This document shows positions 17,957 through 27,519 of a stretch of DNA of 64,000 nucleotides, piece after piece. The DNA comes from Candidatus Omnitrophota bacterium. Lineage in GTDB: Bacteria > Omnitrophota > Gorgyraeia > Zapsychrales > JANLHA01. Position numbers and translations under genes: made by a program. The number at the start of each line of letters is the position of its first letter. The stretch's first letter is position 1. The notes beneath the pieces were generated by a model. The model saw only the letters and a list, made by a program, of their open reading frames with translations. It ran no database searches and was not told where the DNA came from. Where the stretch lies: contig JACKFJ010000006.1 in NCBI GenBank assembly GCA_020632535.1, positions 28,866 through 92,865 on the forward strand, in the 5' to 3' direction.

Positions 17957-20128
17957 ATGAATGAAAAAATATCAGAAATGAAATGGGGGCCGGCTACGGA
18001 AGTCGCGGTCTTTTATAAAGTCGAGAATGATATCGCGACGATTGAATTTAATCATCCAACGGCGAAAGTCAATATTTTAACAAGCGATGTGATCAAGCAA
18101 TTTAATGGGTTTGTCACACAGGCGCAGAACGATAGTAATATCAAAGTTTTGGTTATTCGCAGCGGGAAAAAAGATGTTTTTATCGCTGGGGCAGATATCA
18201 AGGAAATCGAAGGCATCGCGACATCAGATGTTGGTGAAAAGAAGGCGAACGCGGGACAAAATGTTTTTAATCATCTTGAAGATTTAACAATTCCGACGGT
18301 TGCTGTGATTGATGGCGTTGCTTTAGGCGGCGGTTGCGAATTGGCGTTAGCGTGCACGTATCGAATTGGAACATTTAATGAAAAGATCCGAATTGGTTTG
18401 CCGGAAGTGAATTTAGGAATTTTGCCGGGTTTTGGTGGAACATATCGTTTGCCAAAAGTGGTCGGAATTTCACAAGCCTTGACAATTATTTTAGGTGCCA
18501 AAACTGTTTCGGGAGCGGACGCGCTTAAGATAGGACTTTTTGATCGCTTGATCATGGCGTCCAATATTGAGTTCGAAATTAAGAAATTTTGTGATGGTAT
18601 CAAAGATTCTTCGACTCGCAAAGCGGAGTTTCAGCGTAAACCTAAAGGGATGCAGGCATTCTTGGATAATAATTTCATTGGTCATGTTTTGACATTTGAA
18701 ATGGCGGGTAAGAATGTTCGTCAGCAAGCCAAGGGTTTTTATCCCGCGCCTGTTAAGGCATTGGAAGTTATGAAGGAAACGTTTGCCGCGCCGCGTGAGA
18801 AGGCTTTGGATTTGGAGGCGAAAGGATTTGGTCATCTTGTTGTCAGTGATGTTTCTAAGAATTTGATAAAAGTTTTTTACCTTACGGAAAAATTTAAAAA
18901 ACTCATGCCTCCGGAATGCGCAGCATTAACACCACGGAATATTAAAAAATGCGCTGTTCTTGGCGCTGGTGTGATGGGTGGCGGCATCGCGCAGATTTTG
19001 AGTGCGAATGAAATTTCCGCGCGCGTCAAGGATGTGAATTATGACGCGTTGGCGAAAGGTTTGCAGGCCGCGGCCAAAGTGTATCATCAGCTTGTACAGC
19101 GACGAAGATTAAAGCCGTCGCAGGCGACTGCGAAAATGGCGAAGATCAGTACAACGTTGGATTATACGGGTTTTGCCAATTGTGACGCTGTCATTGAAGC
19201 GGTTGTCGAAAAAATGGAAGTTAAGAAAGTTGTTTTTGCGCAGGCGAGTAAGGCCGTCGCCGCGGATACTTTATTGTTAAGTAATACGTCGGCTTTGTCT
19301 GTGACGGAGATGGCTAAATCAGTGGAAAATCCCAGTCGGTTTATGGGTTTTCATTTTTTTAATCCTGTTCATCGTATGCCGCTTATTGAACTTGTTTATA
19401 CGAAAGAAACTTCGCCGCAAACGATGGCGGACGCTTTGGGGTTGGTTCGTCGTCTGGGAAAAACGCCGATCATCGTTAAGGATTCGCCGGGATTCTTGGT
19501 CAATCGTATTTTATTGGCGTATATCAATGAAGCTGGATATATTTTGGAGGAGGGTGCTACCGTCGCATCAATTGACAGGGTTATGATGGATTTTGGTATG
19601 CCGATGGGTCCATTGACTTTGTCGGATGAAGTTGGCTTGGATGTTGGTGTAAAAGTTTTGCATATTTTGAATGACGCTTTTGGTGAAAGATTCAAGCCCG
19701 CGCCGATTTTTGAAAAGATTTTGGAGAAGGGATTGTTAGGAAAAAAATCCGGAATGGGATTTTATCGGCATCGTCAAAACCGTTCATCCAATCCATTTAT
19801 TGAAACACTTCGTCCGGCTAAGGTTATTAGTCAGGAACAACTGCGCGAATTAAGTGAGCGTATGATTTTTGTGATGATCAATGAAGCGTCGCGCTGTCTC
19901 GATGAGGGTGTGATTGATGGTCCAGATGGTGTTGATGTTGGTATGATTATGGGAACAGGGTTTCCGCCATTTCGTGGCGGACTGTTGCGTTATGCGGATC
20001 AATATGGCATTCAGGGTGTTATTGATGTTTTGACATCACTGCATGAGCGATTTGATGCCGAAAGATTTAAGCCTTCGACTTATTTGCTGCAAATGGCCCA
20101 AAAAAGAACAACTTTCTACCCAGTTTAA
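17957..20128 (+). CDS. fadB: bifunctional enoyl-CoA hydratase / 3-hydroxyacyl-CoA dehydrogenase
   Basis: Crotonase N-terminus (FIAGADIKE, GGGCELALAC) followed by an NAD fold VLGAGVMGGGIA and the HFFNP motif. Confidence 0.9.
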   Translation: MNEKISEMKWGPATEVAVFYKVENDIATIEFNHPTAKVNILTSDVIKQFNGFVTQAQNDSNIKVLVIRSGKKDVFIAGADIKEIEGIATSDVGEKKANAGQNVFNHLEDLTIPTVAVIDGVALGGGCELALACTYRIGTFNEKIRIGLPEVNLGILPGFGGTYRLPKVVGISQALTIILGAKTVSGADALKIGLFDRLIMASNIEFEIKKFCDGIKDSSTRKAEFQRKPKGMQAFLDNNFIGHVLTFEMAGKNVRQQAKGFYPAPVKALEVMKETFAAPREKALDLEAKGFGHLVVSDVSKNLIKVFYLTEKFKKLMPPECAALTPRNIKKCAVLGAGVMGGGIAQILSANEISARVKDVNYDALAKGLQAAAKVYHQLVQRRRLKPSQATAKMAKISTTLDYTGFANCDAVIEAVVEKMEVKKVVFAQASKAVAADTLLLSNTSALSVTEMAKSVENPSRFMGFHFFNPVHRMPLIELVYTKETSPQTMADALGLVRRLGKTPIIVKDSPGFLVNRILLAYINEAGYILEEGATVASIDRVMMDFGMPMGPLTLSDEVGLDVGVKVLHILNDAFGERFKPAPIFEKILEKGLLGKKSGMGFYRHRQNRSSNPFIETLRPAKVISQEQLRELSERMIFVMINEASRCLDEGVIDGPDGVDVGMIMGTGFPPFRGGLLRYADQYGIQGVIDVLTSLHERFDAERFKPSTYLLQMAQKRTTFYPV

Positions 20129-20140
20129 AAAAGAGTTCAA

Positions 20141-20758
20141 ATGTTAAAATGGTTTGAAGATTTTTGGAAAATTGAACGCAGCCGTCGGCTGTCTTTTGTT
20201 TTTGGCGCTTTGATCGTTATCGGTGTCTTCTTGATTTTGATAGGAACTCTGTCGACGATTAAAATTACGCCGTATCGCACATATACCAATAATAATTATG
20301 GCTTTTCGATCAAATTCCCGTCTTATTGGAAGCCAGTGCATCCTAAAGGGGGGGCCATTATTGTTTTTGTGGCACCTCGACAAAATGATTTGGATACGGT
20401 CAGTGAAAATTTTAATATTTCGATCAAAGATATGCCGCAAGCTATGACCATTGAGCGTGTTTCGGACACGATTGTTAATCAAGTCACGGGGACATTTGGT
20501 CAGCAGATTGTGATCAGTGAAAAGAATCCGGTCATGCTCGCCGGGCGAGCTGGTTATCGCATTACGTTTGCCGGGTATGATGTGAGAGTTCCCAATCCGA
20601 ATCCAATTCAATATACCGCGGTATGGACCATTGTTGGGAGCCGTGTTTTTATTCTGACATTCACCGGTCAACAGAGAGACTTTCCGTTTTATGAAAAGAA
20701 AGTTAACACGATGATCAATTCTTTTAAGTTGTTTACGCCCGAAGTACGTGAAAAATAA
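20141..20758 (+). CDS. hypothetical membrane-anchored protein (PsbP/DcrB-like guess)
   Basis: N-terminal TM helix, then YGFSIKFPSYWKPV..; the fold assignment is weak. Confidence 0.5.
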   Translation: MLKWFEDFWKIERSRRLSFVFGALIVIGVFLILIGTLSTIKITPYRTYTNNNYGFSIKFPSYWKPVHPKGGAIIVFVAPRQNDLDTVSENFNISIKDMPQAMTIERVSDTIVNQVTGTFGQQIVISEKNPVMLAGRAGYRITFAGYDVRVPNPNPIQYTAVWTIVGSRVFILTFTGQQRDFPFYEKKVNTMINSFKLFTPEVREK

Positions 20759-20814
20759 GTCTCGTCCGTTTTGAATACTCGACAAAAATCTGTGAAAATG
20801 CTACCTTATTGTCT

Positions 20815-21888
20815 ATGCTTCCGACGATAAAAGAAGAAATATTGCTGGAAAATCGTGCCCAACCGTTATGTCCTGTCTTTGGGCAATGCGGAGGGTGTCA
20901 GTATCAGGATATGACTTATGAAGCGGAATTAACTCTTAAGCAGGAATATTTAGAAAGTGTGTTTCAGTCGCAGGGCATCATCGTTGAGAATGGGTTCGCT
21001 AAAATTGTCGCTTCGCCTTTGCCGTATCATTACCGCTCTCGGTTGGATATGAAATTTCTTAAGACACGTGATGGTCGCACTTTTATGGGATTCTCTCCTT
21101 TAAACGGCAAATGGATGATTGAAGTCGAAAGTTGTCCGATTGCGATGCCGGCAATTTCGGATTTTTTACCACAGCTCAAGAAAGAGGCGATTGCCAAACT
21201 TCCTGCCAAATATCGCAATGCGAATCTTGTTATTAAGACGGGCGATGATCGGCGTCTGGCTTGGGGTGGTATTGGCCGGCGATCACTGAAATTGCAAGAG
21301 GATGATTTTCTTTGGACGGAAATTGCGGGGAAAAAGATTTTTTATTCATTAGATACTTTTTTTCAGGCTAACTTGGCTATTCTTCCGGATGCCATAAAGC
21401 ATATTCGTGATTTGAAGATTATTGATGAAAAAACCACGCTGTATGATCTTTACGGTGGTGTCGGACTTTTTGGGATATGCTTGTCGGATGTTGCGGCAAA
21501 AATCATTTTAATTGAAGATAATATTCATAGTGTGGCCATGGCGCAATATAATGTCAATTATCATGGTTTGCAGAATTTTGAGATTATATCTGGACGAGTA
21601 GAAGTTGTATACCCGGAATTTTTGCAAAAGAAAAGTTTTGGCCCGCAGGTTGCTCTGATTGATCCGCCACGACAAGGTTTGGCGTCGTCGGTGGCGCACG
21701 CGATTGCTGAGGCTAAGAATGTTTCCAGTCTTTTGTATTTATCTTGTCATCCGGAGTCGTTACTGCGTGATTTGCAGATTTTTGTGAAATCGGATTGGGG
21801 CGTTCGTAAAGTCATTCCTTTTGATTTCTTCCCGCGGACACGGCATATTGAAACATTGGTGTTGTTGCAACCTAAGGACAACTTATGA
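20815..21888 (+). CDS. class I SAM-dependent RNA (uracil-5) methyltransferase, RumA/TrmA family
   Basis: Fe-S Cys cluster CPVFGQCGGCQYQ..C, SAM fold DLYGGVGLFG, C-terminal DPPRQG..YLSCHP. The track start at 20809 is TTG; the ATG is at 20815. Confidence 0.8.
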   Translation: MLPTIKEEILLENRAQPLCPVFGQCGGCQYQDMTYEAELTLKQEYLESVFQSQGIIVENGFAKIVASPLPYHYRSRLDMKFLKTRDGRTFMGFSPLNGKWMIEVESCPIAMPAISDFLPQLKKEAIAKLPAKYRNANLVIKTGDDRRLAWGGIGRRSLKLQEDDFLWTEIAGKKIFYSLDTFFQANLAILPDAIKHIRDLKIIDEKTTLYDLYGGVGLFGICLSDVAAKIILIEDNIHSVAMAQYNVNYHGLQNFEIISGRVEVVYPEFLQKKSFGPQVALIDPPRQGLASSVAHAIAEAKNVSSLLYLSCHPESLLRDLQIFVKSDWGVRKVIPFDFFPRTRHIETLVLLQPKDNL

Positions 21889-22178
21889 TTGACAAGCAAA
21901 GAATTCCGTACGAAAAATGTATTTTTGTTTGTGTGAATGATCATCACGGTCAAAAGCCAAGTTGTGGTGATCATAAGGGCGAGGAGATTTTTCGCAAGTT
22001 GCGAGAAACTGCTAAGGTTCGTGGTTTGCATCCACGTATGCGAGTGACACAAGCCAAATGTCTTGGTCAATGCTCGACAGGGACGACTATTATGATTTAT
22101 CCCAATAATATTTGGTATCGAGGTGTGACTTTAGATAATTTGGGTGAGATTATTGAGGACGTATTTCAAGAATTATAA
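21885..22178 (+). CDS. thioredoxin-like [2Fe-2S] ferredoxin domain protein
   Basis: C..SCG..G......AKCLGQCSTGTTIMIYPNNIWY pattern. ATGA overlap with the methyltransferase gene. Confidence 0.7.
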   Translation: MIDKQRIPYEKCIFVCVNDHHGQKPSCGDHKGEEIFRKLRETAKVRGLHPRMRVTQAKCLGQCSTGTTIMIYPNNIWYRGVTLDNLGEIIEDVFQEL

Positions 22179-22270
22179 CTTAAGAAAGCAGATTATTTTT
22201 AAGTTAGGACAGTGGTAAAGTATAGCGATATTTGATTGAATGTATAATTTTGATAATGTATTCTTTAGCT

Positions 22271-22777
22271 ATGATTGAAAAACGAAATAACAATTATTTT
22301 GGGTTTACTCTTCTTGAGCTCATCATTGTTGTCGTCATTGTTGGGGTCTTGGCTGGTTTGGCGGTGCCACGAATGTCCATTATGATTGAGCGCGCAAGAG
22401 GCACTGAAGCAATTGTGACAATGACCCAGATCCGTTCTGGGATGGAAAGATGCTACGTCATGTCGCGTGATTTTCGAACGTGTGTTCAAGTCGTTCCCGG
22501 GAGATATTTTGAGAAAATTGGTCTTGCGGATCCGGATAAGAATGTCAACAGTCATTTTACGTATGGGTTTAGGGCGGATGTTGATCGATATTGGGTTTAT
22601 GCCGCAAGAAATTCTTATGAATTGCTTCAGTCATATTATGGTGGAAATGCTTTTTGTTTTGATGTGCCGGGAAGTGTGGGGCCAACTGAAAGTCAGATTG
22701 CTCTTTGTCAGACGCCAGAAAAAGTTTGGATTGTTGGGGAAGGAATTTATGCAGGGATTGGCGGCATGCCGCCGTAA
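22271..22777 (+). CDS. prepilin-type N-terminal cleavage/methylation domain protein (pilin/pseudopilin-like, paralog 1)
   Basis: GFTLLELIIVVVIVGVLAGLAVP class III signal peptide. ATG at 22271. Confidence 0.85.
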   Translation: MIEKRNNNYFGFTLLELIIVVVIVGVLAGLAVPRMSIMIERARGTEAIVTMTQIRSGMERCYVMSRDFRTCVQVVPGRYFEKIGLADPDKNVNSHFTYGFRADVDRYWVYAARNSYELLQSYYGGNAFCFDVPGSVGPTESQIALCQTPEKVWIVGEGIYAGIGGMPP

Positions 22778-22796
22778 TTAATTTCTAAAAGGGTGT

Positions 22797-23300
22797 ATGT
22801 TTTTTAATAAACATAACAAGTGGATATCTGGTTTTACTATTCTTGAGCTCATCATTGTTGTCGTCATTGTTGGGGTTTTGACGAGCTTGGCGATTCCTAA
22901 ATTTTCGAGTGTTATTGAGCGAGCTCGAGCAACTGAGGCTATAGTTGCTCTAACACAAATTCGTGCGGGCATGGATCGATGTTATGTGATGCAACGAGAT
23001 TATACTAAATGTATTGGTGGACCGGGAGGATTCTTTTCTAAAATTGGTCTTCAAGACCCATCGACATCACCAAATAGCCATTTCACGTATATATATACTG
23101 TTATAACGCCTTCTGGATATATAATTCCTGCAAATAGGAATACTCGTGATTTGGTTGTTCCAATTCCGGGTGGGTGGATTAATTGTGAGGGAAACGCTGT
23201 GGGTTTGCCGAACAGCGCAATTGCATTGTGTGTTAGTCCAAATCAATCTTCGATTCGTGGAGTAGGAATTTACTCTGGAGTTGATACGACTCCATATTGA
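22797..23300 (+). CDS. prepilin-type N-terminal cleavage/methylation domain protein (paralog 2)
   Basis: GFTILELIIVVVIVGVLTSLAIP. Shares an identical 36-nt stretch and about 65 aa of N-terminal similarity with paralog 1. Confidence 0.85.
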   Translation: MFFNKHNKWISGFTILELIIVVVIVGVLTSLAIPKFSSVIERARATEAIVALTQIRAGMDRCYVMQRDYTKCIGGPGGFFSKIGLQDPSTSPNSHFTYIYTVITPSGYIIPANRNTRDLVVPIPGGWINCEGNAVGLPNSAIALCVSPNQSSIRGVGIYSGVDTTPY

Positions 23301-23488
23301 GTTGGTATTTTCAAAAGTCGTTGTGTTGTCAAACCTTACCGTATAAAATTATCCCGCCAGAGTTGCTTTTCCTTTATTTAGCTCGTATACTTAAATTAGA
23401 AATGAAGTAGTATAAGTCATTTGTTTACAACAAAATATAGCAGAATTATTAAAAACCGATCTTTAATGTTTGTAAAAAGGAGCCTTCC

Positions 23489-25345
23489 ATGAGCTTATTT
23501 TCTAAGGATATCAGTGACGAAAAGCGTAAGTCCTTGGAGTTTGCTGAAGAATCTCGGGAGAATGAATGGAAGTATCCTAGTTTTGTCCTCAAATTATTTC
23601 ACGGTCAGCTTGATTGGAAAATGATTTCCCCTTTTCCTCGTCAGCCTGACGAAGATAAAAAGATTGGTGACGCGTTTATAGCCAAGCTTGAACATATTTT
23701 GCGTACCCAGCTTGATCCCAACGAAGTTGATCGTACCGGCCTTATTCCTCCGCAAGTTTATAAATCTTTAGCTGATATCGGCGCGTTTGCTATCAAAGTT
23801 CCCAAAGAATATGACGGACTTGGCTTAAGCCAAATCAATTATAGCCGTGCGATTCATTTGGTCGCGAGTTATTGCGCGTCAACCGCAGTTTTATTATCCG
23901 CGCATCAATCTATCGGTGTGCCGCAACCACTTAAACTTTTTGGTACCGACGCGCAAAAAAAGAAATATTTGCCGCTTTTTGCGCAAGGCGTGATTTCCGC
24001 TTTTGCTTTGAGCGAAGTTGAAGCTGGTTCCGATCCGCGTAATATGAAAACGACCGCGACTCCTACTGAAGATGGAAAATACTTCTTGATTAATGGTGAA
24101 AAATTATGGTGTACAAACGGTTTGATTGCGGGTGTGCTGGTGGTTATGGCTGTTACTCCGCCCAAGATTGAGAATGGCAAGGAAAAAAAGCAGATCACGG
24201 CTTTTATTGTTGAGACGAAAACGCCCGGATTTGAAATTGTTCATCGTTGTGAGTTTATGGGTTTACATGGCATTCAAAATGGCTTATTGCGTTTTACCAA
24301 TGTCAAGGTTCCGCGCGAAAATATTATTGTTGGGGAGGGGGAGGGGTTAAGAATTGCGTTGATGACTTTAAACACCGGTCGTTTGACTTTGCCGGCCGCT
24401 TCGACAGGCGCAAGCAAATGGTGTTTGAACGTGGCGCGGCAATGGGCGGTACAGCGTAAGCAATGGGGTAATGCGATTGGTGAGCATGAAAGCATTGCTT
24501 TAAAATTGGGATATATTTCTTCACATACGTTTGCTCTGGAAGCGATGAGTTGGTTAACGTCAGCGATGGCGGATGATCGTCAAAAGGATATTCGTCTTGA
24601 AGCGGCCATTGCTAAATACTTCTCGACGGAGCAGGCATGGAAAATCGCTGATGAAACATTGCAAATCCGTGGTGGTCAGGGTTATGAAAGTGAATCTTCT
24701 TTAAAGGCTCGTGGTATGCGATCGTGGCCTATTGAGCGTGTTCTGCGTGATTTGCGCATTAATCGTATCATTGAAGGAACGTCGGAAATTATGCATCTTT
24801 TTATTGCCCGTGAAGCATTGGATCCGCACTTGAGTCGTGTTAAGGCTTTGTTAAGTCCAAAAACTTCTTCGGCGGAAAAAATAAAAGCATTCCTTTCGGC
24901 GGCAAAGTATTATCCGATGTGGTTATTGAAATTGTATTTGCCGTCAACGAGTCATGATCTTGGGGATTTACCTGCGGTTTTGCGTGGCCATGTGCTTTAT
25001 GCTCGTCGGACGAGTAAGCGCTTGGCTCGGGAAGTTTTTTTTACGATGTTAAAATACCAGCAAAAGTTGGAAGCCAAGCAGGGGATTTTGGGTCGCATCG
25101 TGGATATCGCGACTGATCTTTTTGCGATGGCTTGTTCATGCTCGTATGCTGCGTCTTTGGTTAAAGATGGGAAAAGTTCTTCAAATGCTGTTGAGCTTGC
25201 GGATCTTTTTTGTCGTGAGGCTCGTCAGCGAATTGAGGGGAGCTTTGAGGAAAATCACACCAATCATGATCGTAAGCATATCCAAGTTAGTCATCAGCTC
25301 ATGAAAGATGGTTATACGTGGCTTGAGACCGATATTATAAAATAA
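23489..25345 (+). CDS. long acyl-CoA dehydrogenase family protein (FadE-like with C-terminal extension)
   Basis: ACAD motifs (ALSEVEAGSD, RIIEGTSEI) plus about 170 extra C-terminal residues. aaaaggag SD upstream. Confidence 0.85.
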   Translation: MSLFSKDISDEKRKSLEFAEESRENEWKYPSFVLKLFHGQLDWKMISPFPRQPDEDKKIGDAFIAKLEHILRTQLDPNEVDRTGLIPPQVYKSLADIGAFAIKVPKEYDGLGLSQINYSRAIHLVASYCASTAVLLSAHQSIGVPQPLKLFGTDAQKKKYLPLFAQGVISAFALSEVEAGSDPRNMKTTATPTEDGKYFLINGEKLWCTNGLIAGVLVVMAVTPPKIENGKEKKQITAFIVETKTPGFEIVHRCEFMGLHGIQNGLLRFTNVKVPRENIIVGEGEGLRIALMTLNTGRLTLPAASTGASKWCLNVARQWAVQRKQWGNAIGEHESIALKLGYISSHTFALEAMSWLTSAMADDRQKDIRLEAAIAKYFSTEQAWKIADETLQIRGGQGYESESSLKARGMRSWPIERVLRDLRINRIIEGTSEIMHLFIAREALDPHLSRVKALLSPKTSSAEKIKAFLSAAKYYPMWLLKLYLPSTSHDLGDLPAVLRGHVLYARRTSKRLAREVFFTMLKYQQKLEAKQGILGRIVDIATDLFAMACSCSYAASLVKDGKSSSNAVELADLFCREARQRIEGSFEENHTNHDRKHIQVSHQLMKDGYTWLETDIIK

Positions 25346-25347
25346 GT

Positions 25348-27441
25348 ATGGAAAACATTATTTCTTCAATTGTTCACCGGTATAAACTTCTTAAGGAGAT
25401 TCCGCTTTTTAAGAATGTGGGCTGGTATCCATTGCAACGCATCGCTCGCCGTGTTCAAGTCGTGGAATTCAAAAAGGGTGAAATTATTCGTCGGGAGGGA
25501 GATCCTCCTGATGCCTTGTATTGTTTGGTGTCGGGGCGTGTCCAGTCATATTCTACTGCCGGTGGAGGGCGTCGCAAGACGGATGTGGAGTTTTATCGTC
25601 GTGGGATGCCGTTTGGTATCATTTCTTTTTTTACCAATGACGCGCATTCGTCGACGTATGAAGCACTTAATGATTCGACAATTGTTAAAATTGATAAAAG
25701 TGATTTTGAAGACATTTTAAAATTTATGCCGCAGTTGGGCGTAGAGTTAAGTCATTCTTTATCGAGTCAGTTGCGCAATCGAATGTTGCCGACGAAAAGA
25801 AATGTTGAGCATCGGATTGTTTCGGTTTATAGTCCTATTCGCGGAACAGGCAGTTCGACCTATGCTACGAATCTTGCTTTGGAATTAGAAAAGCAAACGA
25901 CTCGTCGTGTAATTTTGGTAAGTATCGTGACCCCGGCTGAATTAAGTCAAGTTACCCCAAGTCGTGATGGCGCGTCGCCTTATTGGCATAAGCCGCCGGT
26001 TCGTTTAAAAGAAATCGCTGACGATTATGAAAAGCTTCAAGCAAGTATTGTCCGTGGTCAACTGAAAATTGATTTGCTTCATGTTTTGTATGACGCTGAG
26101 GATCATGTTTTGGTTGATTCGATTAGTCATTTTGTGACGACCTTGGTTTCTGATTATCATTTTGCTGTTGTTGATCTTCCGACGGAAAAGGATATATTAG
26201 TTGTCAAAACATTAACTCAGTCTGACAGTGTTCATCTCTTAACAAAAGATAAGGCCGAAGATTTTAAGGGTGTCAGTCAGTTGATTACTGAGTTGACGGA
26301 GCGCATGAAGGAAAATTTTAATCCTGATTTTTTGAAAGTCATTGTGATGGCGAGCGAGAAGTTGGAATCGACGAGTCTTTCTGATATCAGCCATGAAATT
26401 GATTTTACGGTTTATGCGCGGTTTCCACATATTAGTGTCGAGGAATTAAATACTGTTTTAAGTTGTGACGTTATGTCGATTAGTTTACCGTGGCCAAATA
26501 GTCCCTACGCGCTGGAAGTACGGCGAATTGCTAGGCAAATTAGTGGTGTTTTAGTCGGTTTGGCATTGGGTGGCGGCGCGGCGCTTGGCGTCGCGCATGT
26601 TGGTGTTATTCGGGTTTTAGAACAGGAAAATATCCCAATTGATATGGTTTCAGGGAGCAGTATGGGCGCGCTCGTCGCGGCTTTTTGGACGTCAGGAAAG
26701 AATGCGCAAGGGTTGGAAGTGATTGCCCGTGATTTTGAAAAATTATGGGATATTATCAAGTTGCTTTGTGATCCTGTTTTTTCTCCGTCGGCATTTATCG
26801 GTGGTAAGAAAATAACGCGTTGGCTTAAATCGCGTGGGTTGGAAGGAAAAACTTTTTATGATACGCGTGTCCCATTAAAAATTATTTCTTACGATGTGCT
26901 TTGCCGTGAGGAGTTGGTTATTGAATCGGGTTCATTGGCTGAAGCGGTGCGGCAAAGTATTTCGATTCCGGGTGTTATTGAGCCGGTGCGTATGAAGGAT
27001 CGTTGGATTATCGACGGCGGAGTTATGAATCCTTTGCCAACGGACGTGCTTTTGAAAAGTGGAGCCAAAAAAATTATCGCGGTGAATGTTTTGCAATCTC
27101 CTGAGCAGGTTTTGAAGGGTTACAATGAGGAGCAGCGTAAGGCGACCGAAGATGCCAAGGTTTCTTTTTTTCAGGACCCTAAAAAATATATGCTTATCAA
27201 ATTGATGCGTGTAGTCAATAAAGTTTTTAATCCGAATGTTTCTGACATTATTGTTCGGACTTTGCAGGCTTCAGAATATGTGATTTCGCAGCACAGCGCG
27301 AAGTCCGCGGATGTTGTTATTCATCCCGACTTAAGTCACATCAATTGGTATGAGCTTTATAAGGTTGATGAGTTGATTAAGCGCGGGGAGGATGCTGCCC
27401 GCGCGGCTTTGCCGCAAATTCGGAAAATGCTAGAAGAGTAG
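25348..27441 (+). CDS. three-module protein: cNMP-binding-like domain, degenerate ParA/MinD-like domain, patatin-like phospholipase
   Basis: N-terminal beta-roll region (FKKGEIIRREGDPPDALYCLVSGRV). Middle region VSVYSPIRGTGSSTYATNLAL..AVVDLP. C-terminal patatin motifs GGGAALG and GSSMG, plus DGG. Confidence 0.8.
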   Translation: MENIISSIVHRYKLLKEIPLFKNVGWYPLQRIARRVQVVEFKKGEIIRREGDPPDALYCLVSGRVQSYSTAGGGRRKTDVEFYRRGMPFGIISFFTNDAHSSTYEALNDSTIVKIDKSDFEDILKFMPQLGVELSHSLSSQLRNRMLPTKRNVEHRIVSVYSPIRGTGSSTYATNLALELEKQTTRRVILVSIVTPAELSQVTPSRDGASPYWHKPPVRLKEIADDYEKLQASIVRGQLKIDLLHVLYDAEDHVLVDSISHFVTTLVSDYHFAVVDLPTEKDILVVKTLTQSDSVHLLTKDKAEDFKGVSQLITELTERMKENFNPDFLKVIVMASEKLESTSLSDISHEIDFTVYARFPHISVEELNTVLSCDVMSISLPWPNSPYALEVRRIARQISGVLVGLALGGGAALGVAHVGVIRVLEQENIPIDMVSGSSMGALVAAFWTSGKNAQGLEVIARDFEKLWDIIKLLCDPVFSPSAFIGGKKITRWLKSRGLEGKTFYDTRVPLKIISYDVLCREELVIESGSLAEAVRQSISIPGVIEPVRMKDRWIIDGGVMNPLPTDVLLKSGAKKIIAVNVLQSPEQVLKGYNEEQRKATEDAKVSFFQDPKKYMLIKLMRVVNKVFNPNVSDIIVRTLQASEYVISQHSAKSADVVIHPDLSHINWYELYKVDELIKRGEDAARAALPQIRKMLEE

Positions 27442-27519
27442 ATCCAAAAGTGTTTTTCCCGCCGAGTGGTTCCTAAACAATTTTCCAGAAAAAATCAGCT
27501 TGTGGTAAAATACCCTCCT

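Noticed and set aside
20144-20785. 213-aa antisense ORF fully overlapping the 20141-20758 gene
   Set aside because: Its translation is R/N/I-rich junk with no hydrophobic core or motifs, whereas the + strand product has a TM anchor and plausible domain composition. It is notable only because such a long shadow ORF is uncommon at this GC content.
25348-27441. Patatin + cNMP-like protein as a CBASS/defence effector
   Set aside because: No cyclase (CD-NTase), Cap genes or other defence genes are adjacent. The context is housekeeping beta-oxidation and heme genes, and cNMP-patatin fusions are widespread non-defence proteins.
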